DNA from: Candidatus Onstottus frigus | Lineage (GTDB): Bacteria > Acidobacteriota > Blastocatellia > UBA7656 | Assembly: GCA_038040445.1 (NCBI GenBank) | Contig: JBBPIG010000001.1 | Coordinates: forward strand, 301,768-365,767 | DNA: 64,000 bases | Direction: 5' to 3' | In this document: positions 9,449-20,128 of the stretch, piece after piece | Layout: the number at the start of each line of letters is the position of its first letter | Position numbering within the stretch: position 1 is the stretch's first letter | Translations under genes and position numbers: made by a program | The notes under the pieces: model-generated | What the model saw: the letters and a program-made list of their open reading frames with translations, nothing else | The model's database searches: none | Told to the model about the DNA's origin: nothing

Positions 9449-12400
9449 TCACGGTCGAGACGGTTTCTGCGGCTCAGGCTTCTTTACCTTTCTCTGATCT
9501 TGACGAATGCGTTCGATAGCCTGCACGGCCGCCCCGCGAACATCGGCGCTTGCATCTTTGTCAGCTATCCCCTCGAGTCTTGCAATCGCACGCTCATCGC
9601 CAATTTCGCCCAGCCCGGCCGCTGCCGATTGTCTCACCTCTTCGCTGTGATCCAACAGCGCATCCGTTAGCGCATCGATCGTGCGAGGGTCTCGGAACCT
9701 GGAGAGCGCGCCGATCGCGCGCTTTCTAACCGCTACCGACCCTGTTCTAAGTATTGAGAGGATGGGAGCGATGGCCGCAGGGTCGCCTATCTTGCCAAGC
9801 GCTTCGATGGCTTCCGGCCGCGCGCCTGATTGGTCAGTTGAGATCAGATCGATCAGCGGCGCGACCGCGTCTTTAGAACCGATATCCCCAAGCGCGACGG
9901 CCGCGAGCTGCCTAACGGAAGGTCTTGAGTCCTTCAGTGCCGACACCAAACTCGGCAACGCAATATGTCCCAGCCGCGCCAGCGATGTAGCGGCCTGCGC
10001 ACGGAGCGCGCTCGATTCGTCCCGTAACAGCGCCATCAGATGAGGCACGGCGCGTTCGTTTGAGCTTTCGCCAAGAGCCCGCACAGCGGCCGACCGAACA
10101 TTTGGGTTTGAATCGGAAAGCGCTTCGACGACTCGGTTAACCGCCCGAGTAGAACTTATGCCGCCCAAAGCTTCGATGGCCGCTTCTCTCGTCGCCGGCG
10201 TCGGCGAGCCGGCCATCTCGAGAAGCAAGTCGACGGCTGGTTCGCCCATCCGCCCTAACGCCCATGCCGCCTGCTGGCGGACAAAATAACGTTCATCCTT
10301 GAGCACGAGAGCGAGCCCCTTGATCGAGCGTTTGTCGCCGATCATGCCGAGCGTTCGCGCCGAGGAGGCGCGCATTTCAGGTGTTGAGTTTCTATCCTGC
10401 AACACAGCCGTCAACGGATCGACCGCCGGCGCGCCAATACGCCACAAGACACGCGCCGCTCGATCTCGGTCACTCTCCCGCGGCGAGCGAAAAACCTCAA
10501 CCAGAGACGGGACCGCTTTCTCACCGATTCCCGTCAACGCCTCTGCCGCGTAGAAACGGACCACCGGGTCCTTATCGCCAAGCGCCACCGCAAGAGGCCC
10601 AACCGCCTGATCGAGTGAGCCTTCGGACGCGACGCGCGCCAACACCTGTGTCGCGCGAGAACGCACTCGCCAATCGGCGTTAGACAGTGAGTCGATCAGC
10701 ACCCGAGTCGCGCGCGAGTCCCTTAGTCGCGCCAATGACTCCGCTGCCGCCAGACTCACGCGCGGGTCCCGATCGCTGAGGAGTGACGCGAGCGGCCCAA
10801 GCGCGCGGCTGTCTTTCATTCTTCCAAGGGCGTAGGTAGCTTCGACTCGCACGTCAGCGCTCTGATCGCCCAACGCGCCAGTTAAGGGATCGGTCGCGCG
10901 CGGGTCGCTCAAAGCGCCGAGCGTGCGCGCCGACTCCGAGCGGACGCGGCTATCACTGTCCTTCAAGGCCGCAATGATCAGGGGCACCGCGCTTCGGTCG
11001 CCGAGCCGCGCAAATGTGGTGACCGCGGCAGCCCTCACTTGCCAACTCGGACTGAAAAGGTCGGGCGCAACTTTTTCAACAGATATCCCCAGCGCCGCGA
11101 GCGAGTGTACCGCGGCTTCTCGAACAGGCGCTTCGCTGTCCCGGGCCGCAAGGAATAGGGCCTCGGCGGCGGTGTGATCGGCAATCAAGCCGAGAGCGAT
11201 AACGGCGGCGGCCCTGACTTCGACTTCGGGCGCGCGCGAGGCGCCAACCAAAGAACCGACTGCACGGCGGTCTCGTAGCGAGCCCAACGCTTCAGCCGCT
11301 TTGACTCTAACCTGAACCTCCCTGGCGCCGGTCAGAGCTTCGATCAAAGGCTCGACCGCCTTTGCGTCGCCGAGGCGCGCGAGCCTCTCGGCGGCGCGGA
11401 CTCGACCACTGACATCGCCGGCACTCAACTGAGAAGCCTCGCTCTCGGCGGTGACCCCGGCCGCCGCCAGCGCTTTGCGGGCATTAGAGCTCAGCTTACC
11501 GTCAGCAGTTCGCGCGTCGAGCAAGAGATCGGCAACGCGGGCGCGATCGAACGATGCCAGCGCTTCGCTGATCGCGTCGATCACGATTGGCGAATTCTCT
11601 TTCTTCAGCGCGCCGACAAGCGCTATGAGTAAACGCTCGGACGAATCACTTTTCGGAGAGGTACGGCTTACTTTAAGGATCGAAGCCACAGACGCCGCGC
11701 GCACCGCGGGTTCGGGATCCTCGAGCATATTGATCAGTACGACCCTGGCTTCATCGCCGTCAAACCCGGCGAGACCTTCTGCCAGCGCCAGCCGAATCGA
11801 CAACACTTCTTTCTTTGAAGCCGGCGGGTCGTTAACGGCAATGGACAAGAGCGCCGGGAGCGAGCGATTGTCGCCGAATTCCAGGAGCGTCTTGAACGCA
11901 CCCTGGCGAATGTCCGCATACTCGCTTCGCAGGGCCGGCGTTATTCGATCCAGATAATCGCGATTTCCCAATCGATAAAGCGCGGCGGCGTATTCCCACA
12001 GGTCTGCCCCGGCTTGGGCAGCGCCAGCCTGGACCGCGATTGCAGCCTTCTTGTCACCGATTCGGCCGAGCGCTACCGCCGCAGCCTTCCGCACGCTTGC
12101 GTCTTCGTCCTTGAGAAGGGCGAGTAGCGCGTCGACTGCGCTCGCGGCTTTAAGAAGACCCAGCGCGCGGGCTGCCTGGCGCCGCACGACCTGGTCGGGG
12201 TCGCCAAGCGCTTTAATCAACGGCTCGGCGGAGGCGGAGCTGCCAACCGGCAACGTCGCCGCAGCGCGGGCCCGGACGTAAGCGTCGGGTGAGTTCATGA
12301 GCTCCCGCAGCGTCGACTCATCCGATCCGCCCAGCGATGCGATCGCTTCGAGAGCCGCGCACCGCACGAACCAGCTTTGATCTCGAAGCAAAGGCAGTAA

Positions 12401-12697
12401 GAGCACGCCGGCTGATTTATCGCCCAGCTTGGCCAATGCCCTGGCCGCCTGGCCCCTCACGTACCAGTTCTCATCCGAGAGCGCTTGTTTGAGCCTCGCG
12501 GGCGCGTCGGTTTCCTTCGAGTCTATAAGTGCAATTAGTTGCTGGGCGCGCGCGAGCGCAGCGCTCGCCAGGCTCTCCCTGGAGTCAGAAGCTTGCTGTG
12601 CAAACGTACTAACCGCACAGAGCGATGCGAGCAGAATTGAGTCGATCGCGAGAAAGGTCCTTCTCATCTCTCCTATCTTTACGGCAGGGGGAAGCAA
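9449..12697 (-). CDS. HEAT-repeat (PBS-lyase-type) protein, 1082 aa, secreted or membrane-anchored
   Basis: Tens of tandem repeats of about 30 aa with pattern VRxxAAxALGxIGDxxAVxPLxxxLxDxD. N-terminal signal/TM. Confidence 0.8.
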   Translation of the reverse strand: MLPPAVKIGEMRRTFLAIDSILLASLCAVSTFAQQASDSRESLASAALARAQQLIALIDSKETDAPARLKQALSDENWYVRGQAARALAKLGDKSAGVLLLPLLRDQSWFVRCAALEAIASLGGSDESTLRELMNSPDAYVRARAAATLPVGSSASAEPLIKALGDPDQVVRRQAARALGLLKAASAVDALLALLKDEDASVRKAAAVALGRIGDKKAAIAVQAGAAQAGADLWEYAAALYRLGNRDYLDRITPALRSEYADIRQGAFKTLLEFGDNRSLPALLSIAVNDPPASKKEVLSIRLALAEGLAGFDGDEARVVLINMLEDPEPAVRAASVASILKVSRTSPKSDSSERLLIALVGALKKENSPIVIDAISEALASFDRARVADLLLDARTADGKLSSNARKALAAAGVTAESEASQLSAGDVSGRVRAAERLARLGDAKAVEPLIEALTGAREVQVRVKAAEALGSLRDRRAVGSLVGASRAPEVEVRAAAVIALGLIADHTAAEALFLAARDSEAPVREAAVHSLAALGISVEKVAPDLFSPSWQVRAAAVTTFARLGDRSAVPLIIAALKDSDSRVRSESARTLGALSDPRATDPLTGALGDQSADVRVEATYALGRMKDSRALGPLASLLSDRDPRVSLAAAESLARLRDSRATRVLIDSLSNADWRVRSRATQVLARVASEGSLDQAVGPLAVALGDKDPVVRFYAAEALTGIGEKAVPSLVEVFRSPRESDRDRAARVLWRIGAPAVDPLTAVLQDRNSTPEMRASSARTLGMIGDKRSIKGLALVLKDERYFVRQQAAWALGRMGEPAVDLLLEMAGSPTPATREAAIEALGGISSTRAVNRVVEALSDSNPNVRSAAVRALGESSNERAVPHLMALLRDESSALRAQAATSLARLGHIALPSLVSALKDSRPSVRQLAAVALGDIGSKDAVAPLIDLISTDQSGARPEAIEALGKIGDPAAIAPILSILRTGSVAVRKRAIGALSRFRDPRTIDALTDALLDHSEEVRQSAAAGLGEIGDERAIARLEGIADKDASADVRGAAVQAIERIRQDQRKVKKPEPQKPSRP

Positions 12698-12971
12698 ACG
12701 CTAGTCGGCTTGCAGCAGGAATACTACATTAGGTATGAGCCGTTTAGAAAGTGGAGGGGCGGACGGCTTGCGTAAACAAGACGGCCACGCCTGCGACGCA
12801 GCGATTGAGGCAATCTTGCCCAACTCAGCGCCCGCGCTTTGCGCTCGCGGCCTGGTCTCAGCCGCTAAGGGACCGGATCAACGATAGCAGATTAGTTTCT
12901 TCACACTTTAATGCCCGCCAAGCTGCGGTACAGCCGGGCGGGCATTCTGACTAATCAACTTCGTCAGAGCG

Positions 12972-13355
12972 TTATGCGGCAATGCGATGGCCTTTCCCTC
13001 CATCGTTCGCTGAAAAACTCCCGTAATGCGCCAGCGCTCGGTCGATCGCGCGCATAGCCTGAGAGACGTTGAGCTTTAGAAATCTTATGAGGTGCGCGAC
13101 CTCGGTGGGCGTGAGGTCCTCGGGGCTACGCCCCGGTATCCCCAGCGGCACCAGATATGAGCGCATATTCAAGCCAGCACGCCTCATTTCGGCTTCCAGC
13201 GTTGCTATGAATTCCTCCCGCTCCGTCATGTTCATCGCGACCAGCCCATCGCGAACGACGGCCTTAAGCTCATCGGCGCCGAGCGCCGACAATTTTGGTG
13301 CCTCTACCGGCTGATTTCTGCTGCGGATTTGTCTTACTTGATTGTTCTTAGCCAT
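12972..13355 (-). CDS. hypothetical protein (128 aa from the ATG at MAKNNQ; the track start at 13370 is a TTG), divergent from recA
   Basis: Good SD (GGAGAG) before the ATG at 13355. No family recognised. Its promoter region contains the GAACCCGTTC motif that is also found at recA. Confidence 0.4.
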   Translation of the reverse strand: MAKNNQVRQIRSRNQPVEAPKLSALGADELKAVVRDGLVAMNMTEREEFIATLEAEMRRAGLNMRSYLVPLGIPGRSPEDLTPTEVAHLIRFLKLNVSQAMRAIDRALAHYGSFSANDGGKGHRIAA

Positions 13356-13862
13356 TTTCTTTCTCTCCAACCCCCGTCTGTTCTGAACCCGTTCGTAACT
13401 GTATCATCCTGAGCCTGAACGTCGCGCTCCACCGACTACTCAAGAGTGCGCGATATCCATCCCTCAAACGCGACTCGGATTCTTTTGTTTCAAGAAACTT
13501 CCGAGTTGCCTCTTGCACGGGAAACAACTCGGCAAACGCCATTTTGGCGGCGGTCGCAAAGCATTTGTGCAACCTTTGTGCCAACAGGTTGCCTGGCCCC
13601 GGCGCCAACCCCTACTTTACCGATTCAGACTCTCTCATTGATCCGAGCCTTGGCGGGCTCTGCGAGCACCGCGTCTCCTCCGGCTACATTCGCCCGGAAC
13701 TGGACCGTACTAACAAGTGAACCCCGCTACGGCTTAGACAGCGGCCAGGCGAAGTCGGTTACAAATGCGAGCTCTGGCGCGGGGAGATGTCCTGGGTTTG
13801 CGACTTCGCGCAGATTTTTCATGCTAGAGAACCAGATTCACTAGCGAACCCGTTCAATTCAT

Positions 13863-13892
13863 TTGTGGAGTCGGTTTCCAAATTGGTATAGT
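13863..13892 (+). promoter_or_regulatory. candidate recA promoter with extended -10 (TGgTATAGT)
   Basis: TATAGT at 13887-13892 with TG at 13884-13885. A weak -35-like TTGTGG lies about 17 nt upstream. About 40 nt upstream of the recA ATG. Confidence 0.35.
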
Positions 13893-13933
13893 GGCCTTCC
13901 TGGGTGCATTCCACACATAAAGGGATCACAAAA

Positions 13934-15004
13934 ATGGCAGACGATCGAACCGAGCGTAACCGCGCTATAGACATCGCGATTGCAGGTATAGAGAAGCAGT
14001 TCGGCAAGGGCTCGATAATGCGTCTGGGCGAAAAAAAGGTACTGGATATCCCAGCGATATCCACTTCTTGTTTGAGTCTGGACGCGGCCATCGGGATTGG
14101 AGGCGTGCCTCGCGGACGAATCGTGGAAATCTACGGCCCAGAGTCTGGCGGCAAGACGACGCTCGCTCTTCACATAGTTGCAGAAGCCCAGAAGGCGGGG
14201 GGCGTGGCCGCTTACATAGACGCCGAGCACGCAATGGATGCGAAGTATGCCGAAAAGCTCGGCGTCAACGTTAACGATCTGTTCATCTCGCAGCCCGATT
14301 CCGGCGAGCAAGCGCTCGAGATCGCTGAGGCACTGGTCCGGTCAAATGGTGTCGACGCGCTTGTGATCGACTCGGTTGCCGCGCTCGTTCCCCGTGCTGA
14401 ATTGGAGGGCGAGATGGGAGACTCGCTGCCTGGACTCCAGGCGCGCCTGATGTCACAGGCTCTCAGAAAGCTTACGGCCGTGGTCGCCCGCTCCAACACG
14501 TGCCTGATCTTCATCAACCAGATACGCGAAAAAATCGGCGTGATGTTCGGCAATCCCGAGACGACAAGCGGAGGCCGCGCACTCAAGTTCTACTCCTCAG
14601 TCAGGCTCGAGATCCGACGCACCAGTACGATCAAGGATGGCGATTCGGCGGTCGGCAATCGCACAAAGGTGAAGGTCGTCAAAAATAAAGTCGCTCCCCC
14701 ATTCAAAGAAGCAGAATTCGACATAATGTACGGCGAAGGCATTTCGCGGGAGGGTGACCTGCTCGATCTGGCAGTCGAAAACAGAATCGTTGAGAAGAGC
14801 GGTGCGTGGTTTAGCTTCAAGGGTGAACGGCTCGGGCAAGGACGCGAGAATGCCAAAAACGTCATCAAGTCAGACCACGACATGGCTAGCCGTATCGAAG
14901 CCGAGGTTCGCGGGGCGCTCGGACTCACCCCCGCCTCCTCCGGAGAAACGGCGGCACCCGGGGCAACAACTGGGTCTTCGAGAAAAGCCGCCTCGAAAGA
15001 GTAG
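13934..15004 (+). CDS. recA: recombinase RecA
   Basis: [33 protein letters not shown], Walker [13 protein letters not shown], full-length RecA conservation. SD AAGGGA before the ATG at 13934 (the track ORF begins earlier, at 13904). Confidence 0.95.
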   Translation: MADDRTERNRAIDIAIAGIEKQFGKGSIMRLGEKKVLDIPAISTSCLSLDAAIGIGGVPRGRIVEIYGPESGGKTTLALHIVAEAQKAGGVAAYIDAEHAMDAKYAEKLGVNVNDLFISQPDSGEQALEIAEALVRSNGVDALVIDSVAALVPRAELEGEMGDSLPGLQARLMSQALRKLTAVVARSNTCLIFINQIREKIGVMFGNPETTSGGRALKFYSSVRLEIRRTSTIKDGDSAVGNRTKVKVVKNKVAPPFKEAEFDIMYGEGISREGDLLDLAVENRIVEKSGAWFSFKGERLGQGRENAKNVIKSDHDMASRIEAEVRGALGLTPASSGETAAPGATTGSSRKAASKE

Positions 15005-15193
15005 ACACTAGTTTACCGGCAGGTAGTATCGCGGCCTTTGTGAGGCTTTCGGCTTGATAAGCCGTTAGCCTCAGCATAATGTGCCCGGATGTGCTCTTTG
15101 CCCAACATTTGGTGTTGACCTTGGCGCGAAGTTTCTGGTACTATCGCGCGCGACTCACCAGGATGCCCCCCCAAATATCGAGGTGGTTTTAGC

Positions 15194-16468
15194 ATGAAAT
15201 GTCATGGTTGCGGGCATGAGTTTCCTGGCACGTTTCCGCGCTGCCCACGTTGTCATCGTTCCACATCAAGGCGGGGCCGAACGTCCACAGATTCAAGACT
15301 GCTAGAGTTTCCCAGAAGGGCGCGCGTCTCACCGCCGGTCGAAGCACCAACGCCTTCGCTTCCCGCGTGGCGCCTCGAACTCAACGAGAAGGTCCGGGCT
15401 ATACGAGCTAATCGTAGCGCTTCCAGCTCGCAAGCTGAGACCTCTGGCGAACAACTGATCAATTCCTTCGACGTTGAGCCCCCCGCCGCTGGCGTGGGCG
15501 CGCGACAGGAAGAAGCTCGGACGTCCTACGGCAGGGATGCGAGCCTCCGCGCTTCGACGGCTCGATCCGAATCGAACCAACGACCGGAGTCGCCCGCGAC
15601 TCCCACTCGACGGTCCAGCAACAACATCGTGGAAGCTGCCCTTACTCGCGTAAAGCGAGCAAGCGAAAACGCCAGCCGCGCCGCGCTACCCAAGATCGAA
15701 CCCGCGCGGTCCGTTCAAGCGAGCTCGCAAGTCTCGCTGGCAGGCGATCGCCAGGCAACCGCGAGAGCCTTAGCTCCAGAACCTGAAATTGAGTCAAGGG
15801 TCGAGTTCACACCGGCGCCGAGGCCCGAGTTTATTCAACCTCCAATTATTAAGTCTGCGCGCGTCGAGGCGTCGTTCCCTGAAAAGCGACGCCCGGAAAC
15901 GACGGTGATCGCTGATCTCACCGACTCGCAGACATCACCCGCCGGCGAAACGGTTGAGCGGGCTTCAGTGTTGGTCCTCGATGAGATCGAGCCTCTGGAT
16001 TATCTGGAAGCTGAGGTTCGAAAGGTCGATAAGGCGCTCGGCGCTGAGTTTCTGCGAAACGAGAGTCCCTCGATTCTCACACACGCGGTGATAGACCTCG
16101 TGGATCTTCTCGCCGTGGCAGTTAGCTGCTCGCCGTTTCTGGCGTTCATAATGATTGCGGATGGCAGCTTTTCAATTGCCAAGACGAGGCTTGCATCCGG
16201 AGCCATCGTAGCGCTGATAGCGTTCTTCTACCTTGCGCTGACCCAATGCCTCTGCGGTAGAACTTTCGGCATGATGTTAACGAACACCCGCGTTGTAGAC
16301 GCGCGTTCCTTTGAAGCTCCCTCCCCGTCCCAAGCCCTATTCAGAACGGCCGGCTACTTTCTTGCCGCCGCGCCGGCAATGGCCGGAATCCTCTGGGCCG
16401 CGTTCGATCGCAAGCACCGAGGGTGGCAGGATTTTATCTCTGGCACCGTGGTCGTTCGAGATTTCTAA
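15194..16468 (+). CDS. zinc-ribbon (CxxC-x-CxxC) plus long disordered linker plus C-terminal RDD-family membrane domain protein
   Basis: N-terminal CHGCGHEFPGTFPRCPRCH. C-terminal TM helices with the R..D..D pattern (FDRKHRGWQDFISGTVVV). Lies where recX is often found, but it is not RecX. Confidence 0.55.
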   Translation: MKCHGCGHEFPGTFPRCPRCHRSTSRRGRTSTDSRLLEFPRRARVSPPVEAPTPSLPAWRLELNEKVRAIRANRSASSSQAETSGEQLINSFDVEPPAAGVGARQEEARTSYGRDASLRASTARSESNQRPESPATPTRRSSNNIVEAALTRVKRASENASRAALPKIEPARSVQASSQVSLAGDRQATARALAPEPEIESRVEFTPAPRPEFIQPPIIKSARVEASFPEKRRPETTVIADLTDSQTSPAGETVERASVLVLDEIEPLDYLEAEVRKVDKALGAEFLRNESPSILTHAVIDLVDLLAVAVSCSPFLAFIMIADGSFSIAKTRLASGAIVALIAFFYLALTQCLCGRTFGMMLTNTRVVDARSFEAPSPSQALFRTAGYFLAAAPAMAGILWAAFDRKHRGWQDFISGTVVVRDF

Positions 16469-16559
16469 AACGGCAATCCGCGCCCGCGTCGCTAGATGCC
16501 GCTGGAGTATTGCGCGCGCGCTTATTTCGTCCTGAGTATTCCTCAAGTAATATTACTGC

Positions 16560-18278
16560 GTGGATAACTTCTATCTGTCGGCGCTCGCGCAAGAAGTGAT
16601 GCCCGAGGTGCAGGGGCGCACGGTCGTTCGGATATCACTCGCAAATTCGACCCTGCTCTTTGATCTGCGCCTAACCGGCGGCCGGCAACTGCTAGCTTCA
16701 CTGGATCGAACCGATCCGGCTCTTTATCTTTCTACTGAGATCGCCGCTCAAGTTTTCACGGGAAAGCACACTTCGACTTTTTTTCTTTCATTGCTGCGCA
16801 AACACATCGTTGACGCGAGGCTTGTAAAACTCCGGAAAGAGCCGCGTGACCGGATCGTCCAAATCGATTTCGAGAAACTGGACGCGGGTGATAACAAAAT
16901 CCAGACCTCGCTGGTGTTGGCGCTCACCGGACGCTCGGCCAACGCTTATCTAATCGACGCCAACGGAACGGTCATGGGGATGCTGTTCGAGCAACACGCC
17001 CCAGGGCAATCAGTTGCTCCCATCCCATCCGTCGAGACCTTCGATCCGGCAAGTCTGACTGCCGAGCTGAATGATTCAATCACCCAGTCCGAAGCGCTTG
17101 ATCGTTTTTTTGGAAGCGGATCGAGCTTCGGGCCGCAACTCAGAAATGAGTTTCTAGCTCGTTCGAAGGACGCGAGTCCCGCAGCGTCCTTTATGTCCTT
17201 AGTTAAAGCCTTGTTCGATCGCGATCCGCTGCCTCTCGTGTATTCGCGATTGCCACTTGAGCGGATCGGGCAAGAAGTCATAAACCGCAGGACAGATTTG
17301 TTACTTTCACATATCGAGCTTGCTCAAGGCAGCGGCCTGAAGCGTTATCAATTCTCGTCTCTCTCGGAAGCCGCCGACCAATACTACAGCGCGCGCAGCC
17401 GCGCGACGGCGCTCGGCGTCGAGTACGCGGCGCTGAAGCAGTCGATCGAGCGCGAGGTCAGCAAGCGAGAATCGGCCGTCAAGGCGATCGAAGTCGACCG
17501 CGCTCGATTCGAACACCCTGAGAAGCTAAAGCGCTGTGGCGATCTGCTTTTAGCCAACCTGGCCAACGCTCGAATCGAAGAAACCCGAGTCACCGTTGTG
17601 GATTATTACGACCCCGGCCAAGCCGAAATCCAGATTGAGATACCCGAAGGCGCCACGTTGAAAGCGGCGGCATCTGATTATTTCGCGAGATATCAAAAGG
17701 CGCGACGCGCTCTCACGGCAATAGCTACGCGAGAGCGCGAAGTCTCCCACAATCTTGAGCCACTGAAACAACTCCTGGCCAGGCTCGAACAGGAGCCGAC
17801 GGCAAATACCATCGCGGAGGTGGGTAAAGCGGCCGAGCGACTGATCGGCGGTACGCGCGGCGCCCGGCGCGACACGAATAAGCGCACGAGGGAAAAAGGC
17901 GGCTATGCTTTCGGGCGCAGGTTCAGGTCGAGCGACGGGTATGAAATCGTGGTAGGAAGGAACGACCGCGACAACGACGCGCTCACGTTCCGCGTAGCCA
18001 AGCCGCAAGACATCTGGCTTCACGCTGCGGACTATCCGGGCTCGCACGCGATCATTCGCAATCCGGCCCGCAACGCTCCACCTCACCGGACGATCGCTGA
18101 AGCGGCCGAACTGGTGGCCTTCTATTCGCAGGCTAAGCGCGAGGGTAAAGCCGCAGTGCACTACACTCAGAAGAAATTCGTTTCAAAGCCGCCGCGCTCA
18201 AAGCCCGGCCTGGTCCGCCTCTCTTCATTCAAGACAATCGTCGTCGAGCCGCGGTGCATTCTGGAAAGACTTGGGTGA
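16560..18278 (+). CDS. rqcH: RqcH/Rqc2-homolog NFACT-family protein (fibronectin-binding protein A-like)
   Basis: NFACT-N-like N-terminus, central coiled coil, and C-terminal NFACT-R/DUF814 motif DIWLHAADYPGSHAIIRNP. GTG start. Confidence 0.75.
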   Translation: MDNFYLSALAQEVMPEVQGRTVVRISLANSTLLFDLRLTGGRQLLASLDRTDPALYLSTEIAAQVFTGKHTSTFFLSLLRKHIVDARLVKLRKEPRDRIVQIDFEKLDAGDNKIQTSLVLALTGRSANAYLIDANGTVMGMLFEQHAPGQSVAPIPSVETFDPASLTAELNDSITQSEALDRFFGSGSSFGPQLRNEFLARSKDASPAASFMSLVKALFDRDPLPLVYSRLPLERIGQEVINRRTDLLLSHIELAQGSGLKRYQFSSLSEAADQYYSARSRATALGVEYAALKQSIEREVSKRESAVKAIEVDRARFEHPEKLKRCGDLLLANLANARIEETRVTVVDYYDPGQAEIQIEIPEGATLKAAASDYFARYQKARRALTAIATREREVSHNLEPLKQLLARLEQEPTANTIAEVGKAAERLIGGTRGARRDTNKRTREKGGYAFGRRFRSSDGYEIVVGRNDRDNDALTFRVAKPQDIWLHAADYPGSHAIIRNPARNAPPHRTIAEAAELVAFYSQAKREGKAAVHYTQKKFVSKPPRSKPGLVRLSSFKTIVVEPRCILERLG

Positions 18279-18403
18279 ATCCTGCAAGCAACCTCGAAGG
18301 CGATTCCACAAACTAAGAGTCCGCGCCCGTAGCGCTGTCAATCTTTCCGCTGCAAGTTTAAATCACTGATGTTATTATTCATTCAGCGAGGCGCAATAAA
18401 AGA

Positions 18404-19996
18404 ATGAGCCGGTTGATGTTCGTCTACCTCTCAGGTTCAGAGAAGGGTAAGACAAGAATCTTTACACAAGAACACGTGACGCTGGGCACTTCGGATGCCT
18501 GTGACGTGAAGCTCGTTCCCGAGGAGGGTGGTTCCCTTCCCGAGGGTGTAATTGCCGATATCTATGACGACGAAAACACATTTCACCTCGTGCCACATAT
18601 TGAAAAGAACCATTTCGAGATAACAATCAACGGCGAAGAACTCGGAGCGGATGAAACCGCCGCAGGATACACGTTGCACGACGGCGACGCTATCCACTTT
18701 GGGCACGGGCTGGCTAGCGCGAGCGTGCTGTTCCAGGTAATGCCGGAGAACTTCTCGGCCACCCATCCCGTTCGCCGCAACGTTGCCGAGATCGACAGAA
18801 TTCCAGGGCAGTCTGTTCATCCGCTTACGGCTACGCTGTTCGTCAAAGAGCTTACCGCGAGCCTCTGGGCTGAAATCCCTCGCAAGGCGAAGTTGCTCGG
18901 CCTGACTGGGGTAGCGGCAGTGTTGCTACTGGCCCTCGGTGTAATCGCGTTCAGCCTGGTAACCTTGATCCGCAACACCAACAAGACTGATCGGTTCGGA
19001 GAGCAGATTGCGGGGGTTCAGGCCCGGCGCGAACAGGACCAGGAACTAATCCGCAAACAGCAAGAGGAGATCGAGAGGCTCCGCGAAGTCAGCGACCAGA
19101 TGCGCCGGTTCACCCAGAAGATCGCTGAGTTGTACAGTCCGGGCGTTTGCCTGATAGTAGGCAGCTACACTTTCGTCGAGCGCGGCACCGGGCGCGTGCT
19201 CCGATACGAAACGGCGGACCGCATCAGCGATATGCCCGTGGATAAGAGCGGCAATTTGCAAGCTTCTGTTGACGGCGCCGGACCGCCGGTCCAAATAGAC
19301 TACACCGGCACGGGCTTCGTGGTAGAGAAAGGCGTGATCGCGACCAACAAACACGTCGTGCAGCCGTGGGCGACCGATCAGATGGCCGAGATCATCTTGC
19401 ATCAGGGCGGCGGCCTTACTCCAAGGCTGGATTCACTCGAGGCCTTCTTCCCTTCCCGGCAGGCGCCCTTTGATTTGAAAGTGGCAGCAACCTCACCTCG
19501 ATATGACATTGCTCTCTGCAGGTTCGATCAGGGTGAAGCGGCGCTGCCGATCTTCCCTCTGAGTAAAGAAGATCCCAGCTCGATAATCGGCGAACCGGTG
19601 GTGCTGTTGGGCTACCCGACCGGAGTCGACGGGCTGCTTCAGCGCATTGAAGAAACGGAGCGGCGCGAGATACTGCGCACCCGAGGCCAAAGCGCTATCG
19701 AAGTAGCTGCGGGGTTGGCTTCGCGCGGTCTGATAAGGCCGCTGACCACCACCGGCACTATCAGCGACGCTCTCCCGGGCCGCATTGTCCATAGCGCTCA
19801 GACCACCGAAGGCGGATCGGGTAGTCCAATATTCGACCGCGACGGCCGGGTAATTGCGATCAACTCCGCGATACTCGCCACGGTTGATGGGAATCAGAGC
19901 TTTGGCGGTTCGAACTTTGGCGTGCCAATCAAGGTCGCTTACGAGTTGCTCCAGGCGCTCGAGGGAGACAAACCCAAAGAAAGGCAAGATCATTGA
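18404..19996 (+). CDS. FHA-domain protein fused via a TM helix to a trypsin-like (S1) serine protease domain
   Basis: N-terminal FHA-like region (GTSDACDVKL...HFEI). TM segment LLGLTGVAAVLLLALGVIAFSLV. C-terminal GGSGSPIFDRDGRVIAINSA, characteristic of chymotrypsin-fold proteases. Confidence 0.7.
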   Translation: MSRLMFVYLSGSEKGKTRIFTQEHVTLGTSDACDVKLVPEEGGSLPEGVIADIYDDENTFHLVPHIEKNHFEITINGEELGADETAAGYTLHDGDAIHFGHGLASASVLFQVMPENFSATHPVRRNVAEIDRIPGQSVHPLTATLFVKELTASLWAEIPRKAKLLGLTGVAAVLLLALGVIAFSLVTLIRNTNKTDRFGEQIAGVQARREQDQELIRKQQEEIERLREVSDQMRRFTQKIAELYSPGVCLIVGSYTFVERGTGRVLRYETADRISDMPVDKSGNLQASVDGAGPPVQIDYTGTGFVVEKGVIATNKHVVQPWATDQMAEIILHQGGGLTPRLDSLEAFFPSRQAPFDLKVAATSPRYDIALCRFDQGEAALPIFPLSKEDPSSIIGEPVVLLGYPTGVDGLLQRIEETERREILRTRGQSAIEVAAGLASRGLIRPLTTTGTISDALPGRIVHSAQTTEGGSGSPIFDRDGRVIAINSAILATVDGNQSFGGSNFGVPIKVAYELLQALEGDKPKERQDH

Positions 19997-20128
19997 GGCG
20001 CAAGCAAAGGTCCTTGACGACCTAACACAGATGCTCCAGACGTATCGAATAGGGTAGACGAGATTCTCAATCTGCTCGCATCAGAACTTCACTTGAAAGT
20101 ACGGGGGTGAGAAATCGTTGACTCTCCC

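Noticed and set aside
13446-13844. 132-aa plus-strand ORF in the recA upstream intergenic region
   Set aside because: Low-complexity Pro/Ala/Thr-rich translation and no RBS. It lies in the divergent promoter region.
13820-13934. Canonical LexA/Cheo box (GAAC-N4-GTTC or CTGT-N8-ACAG) upstream of recA
   Set aside because: Not present. Only the GAAC-CC-GTTC variant was found; it is reported as a finding rather than as a called SOS box.
17550-18161. 203-aa minus-strand ORF inside rqcH
   Set aside because: Antisense to the conserved NFACT-R region. Arg-rich low-complexity translation.
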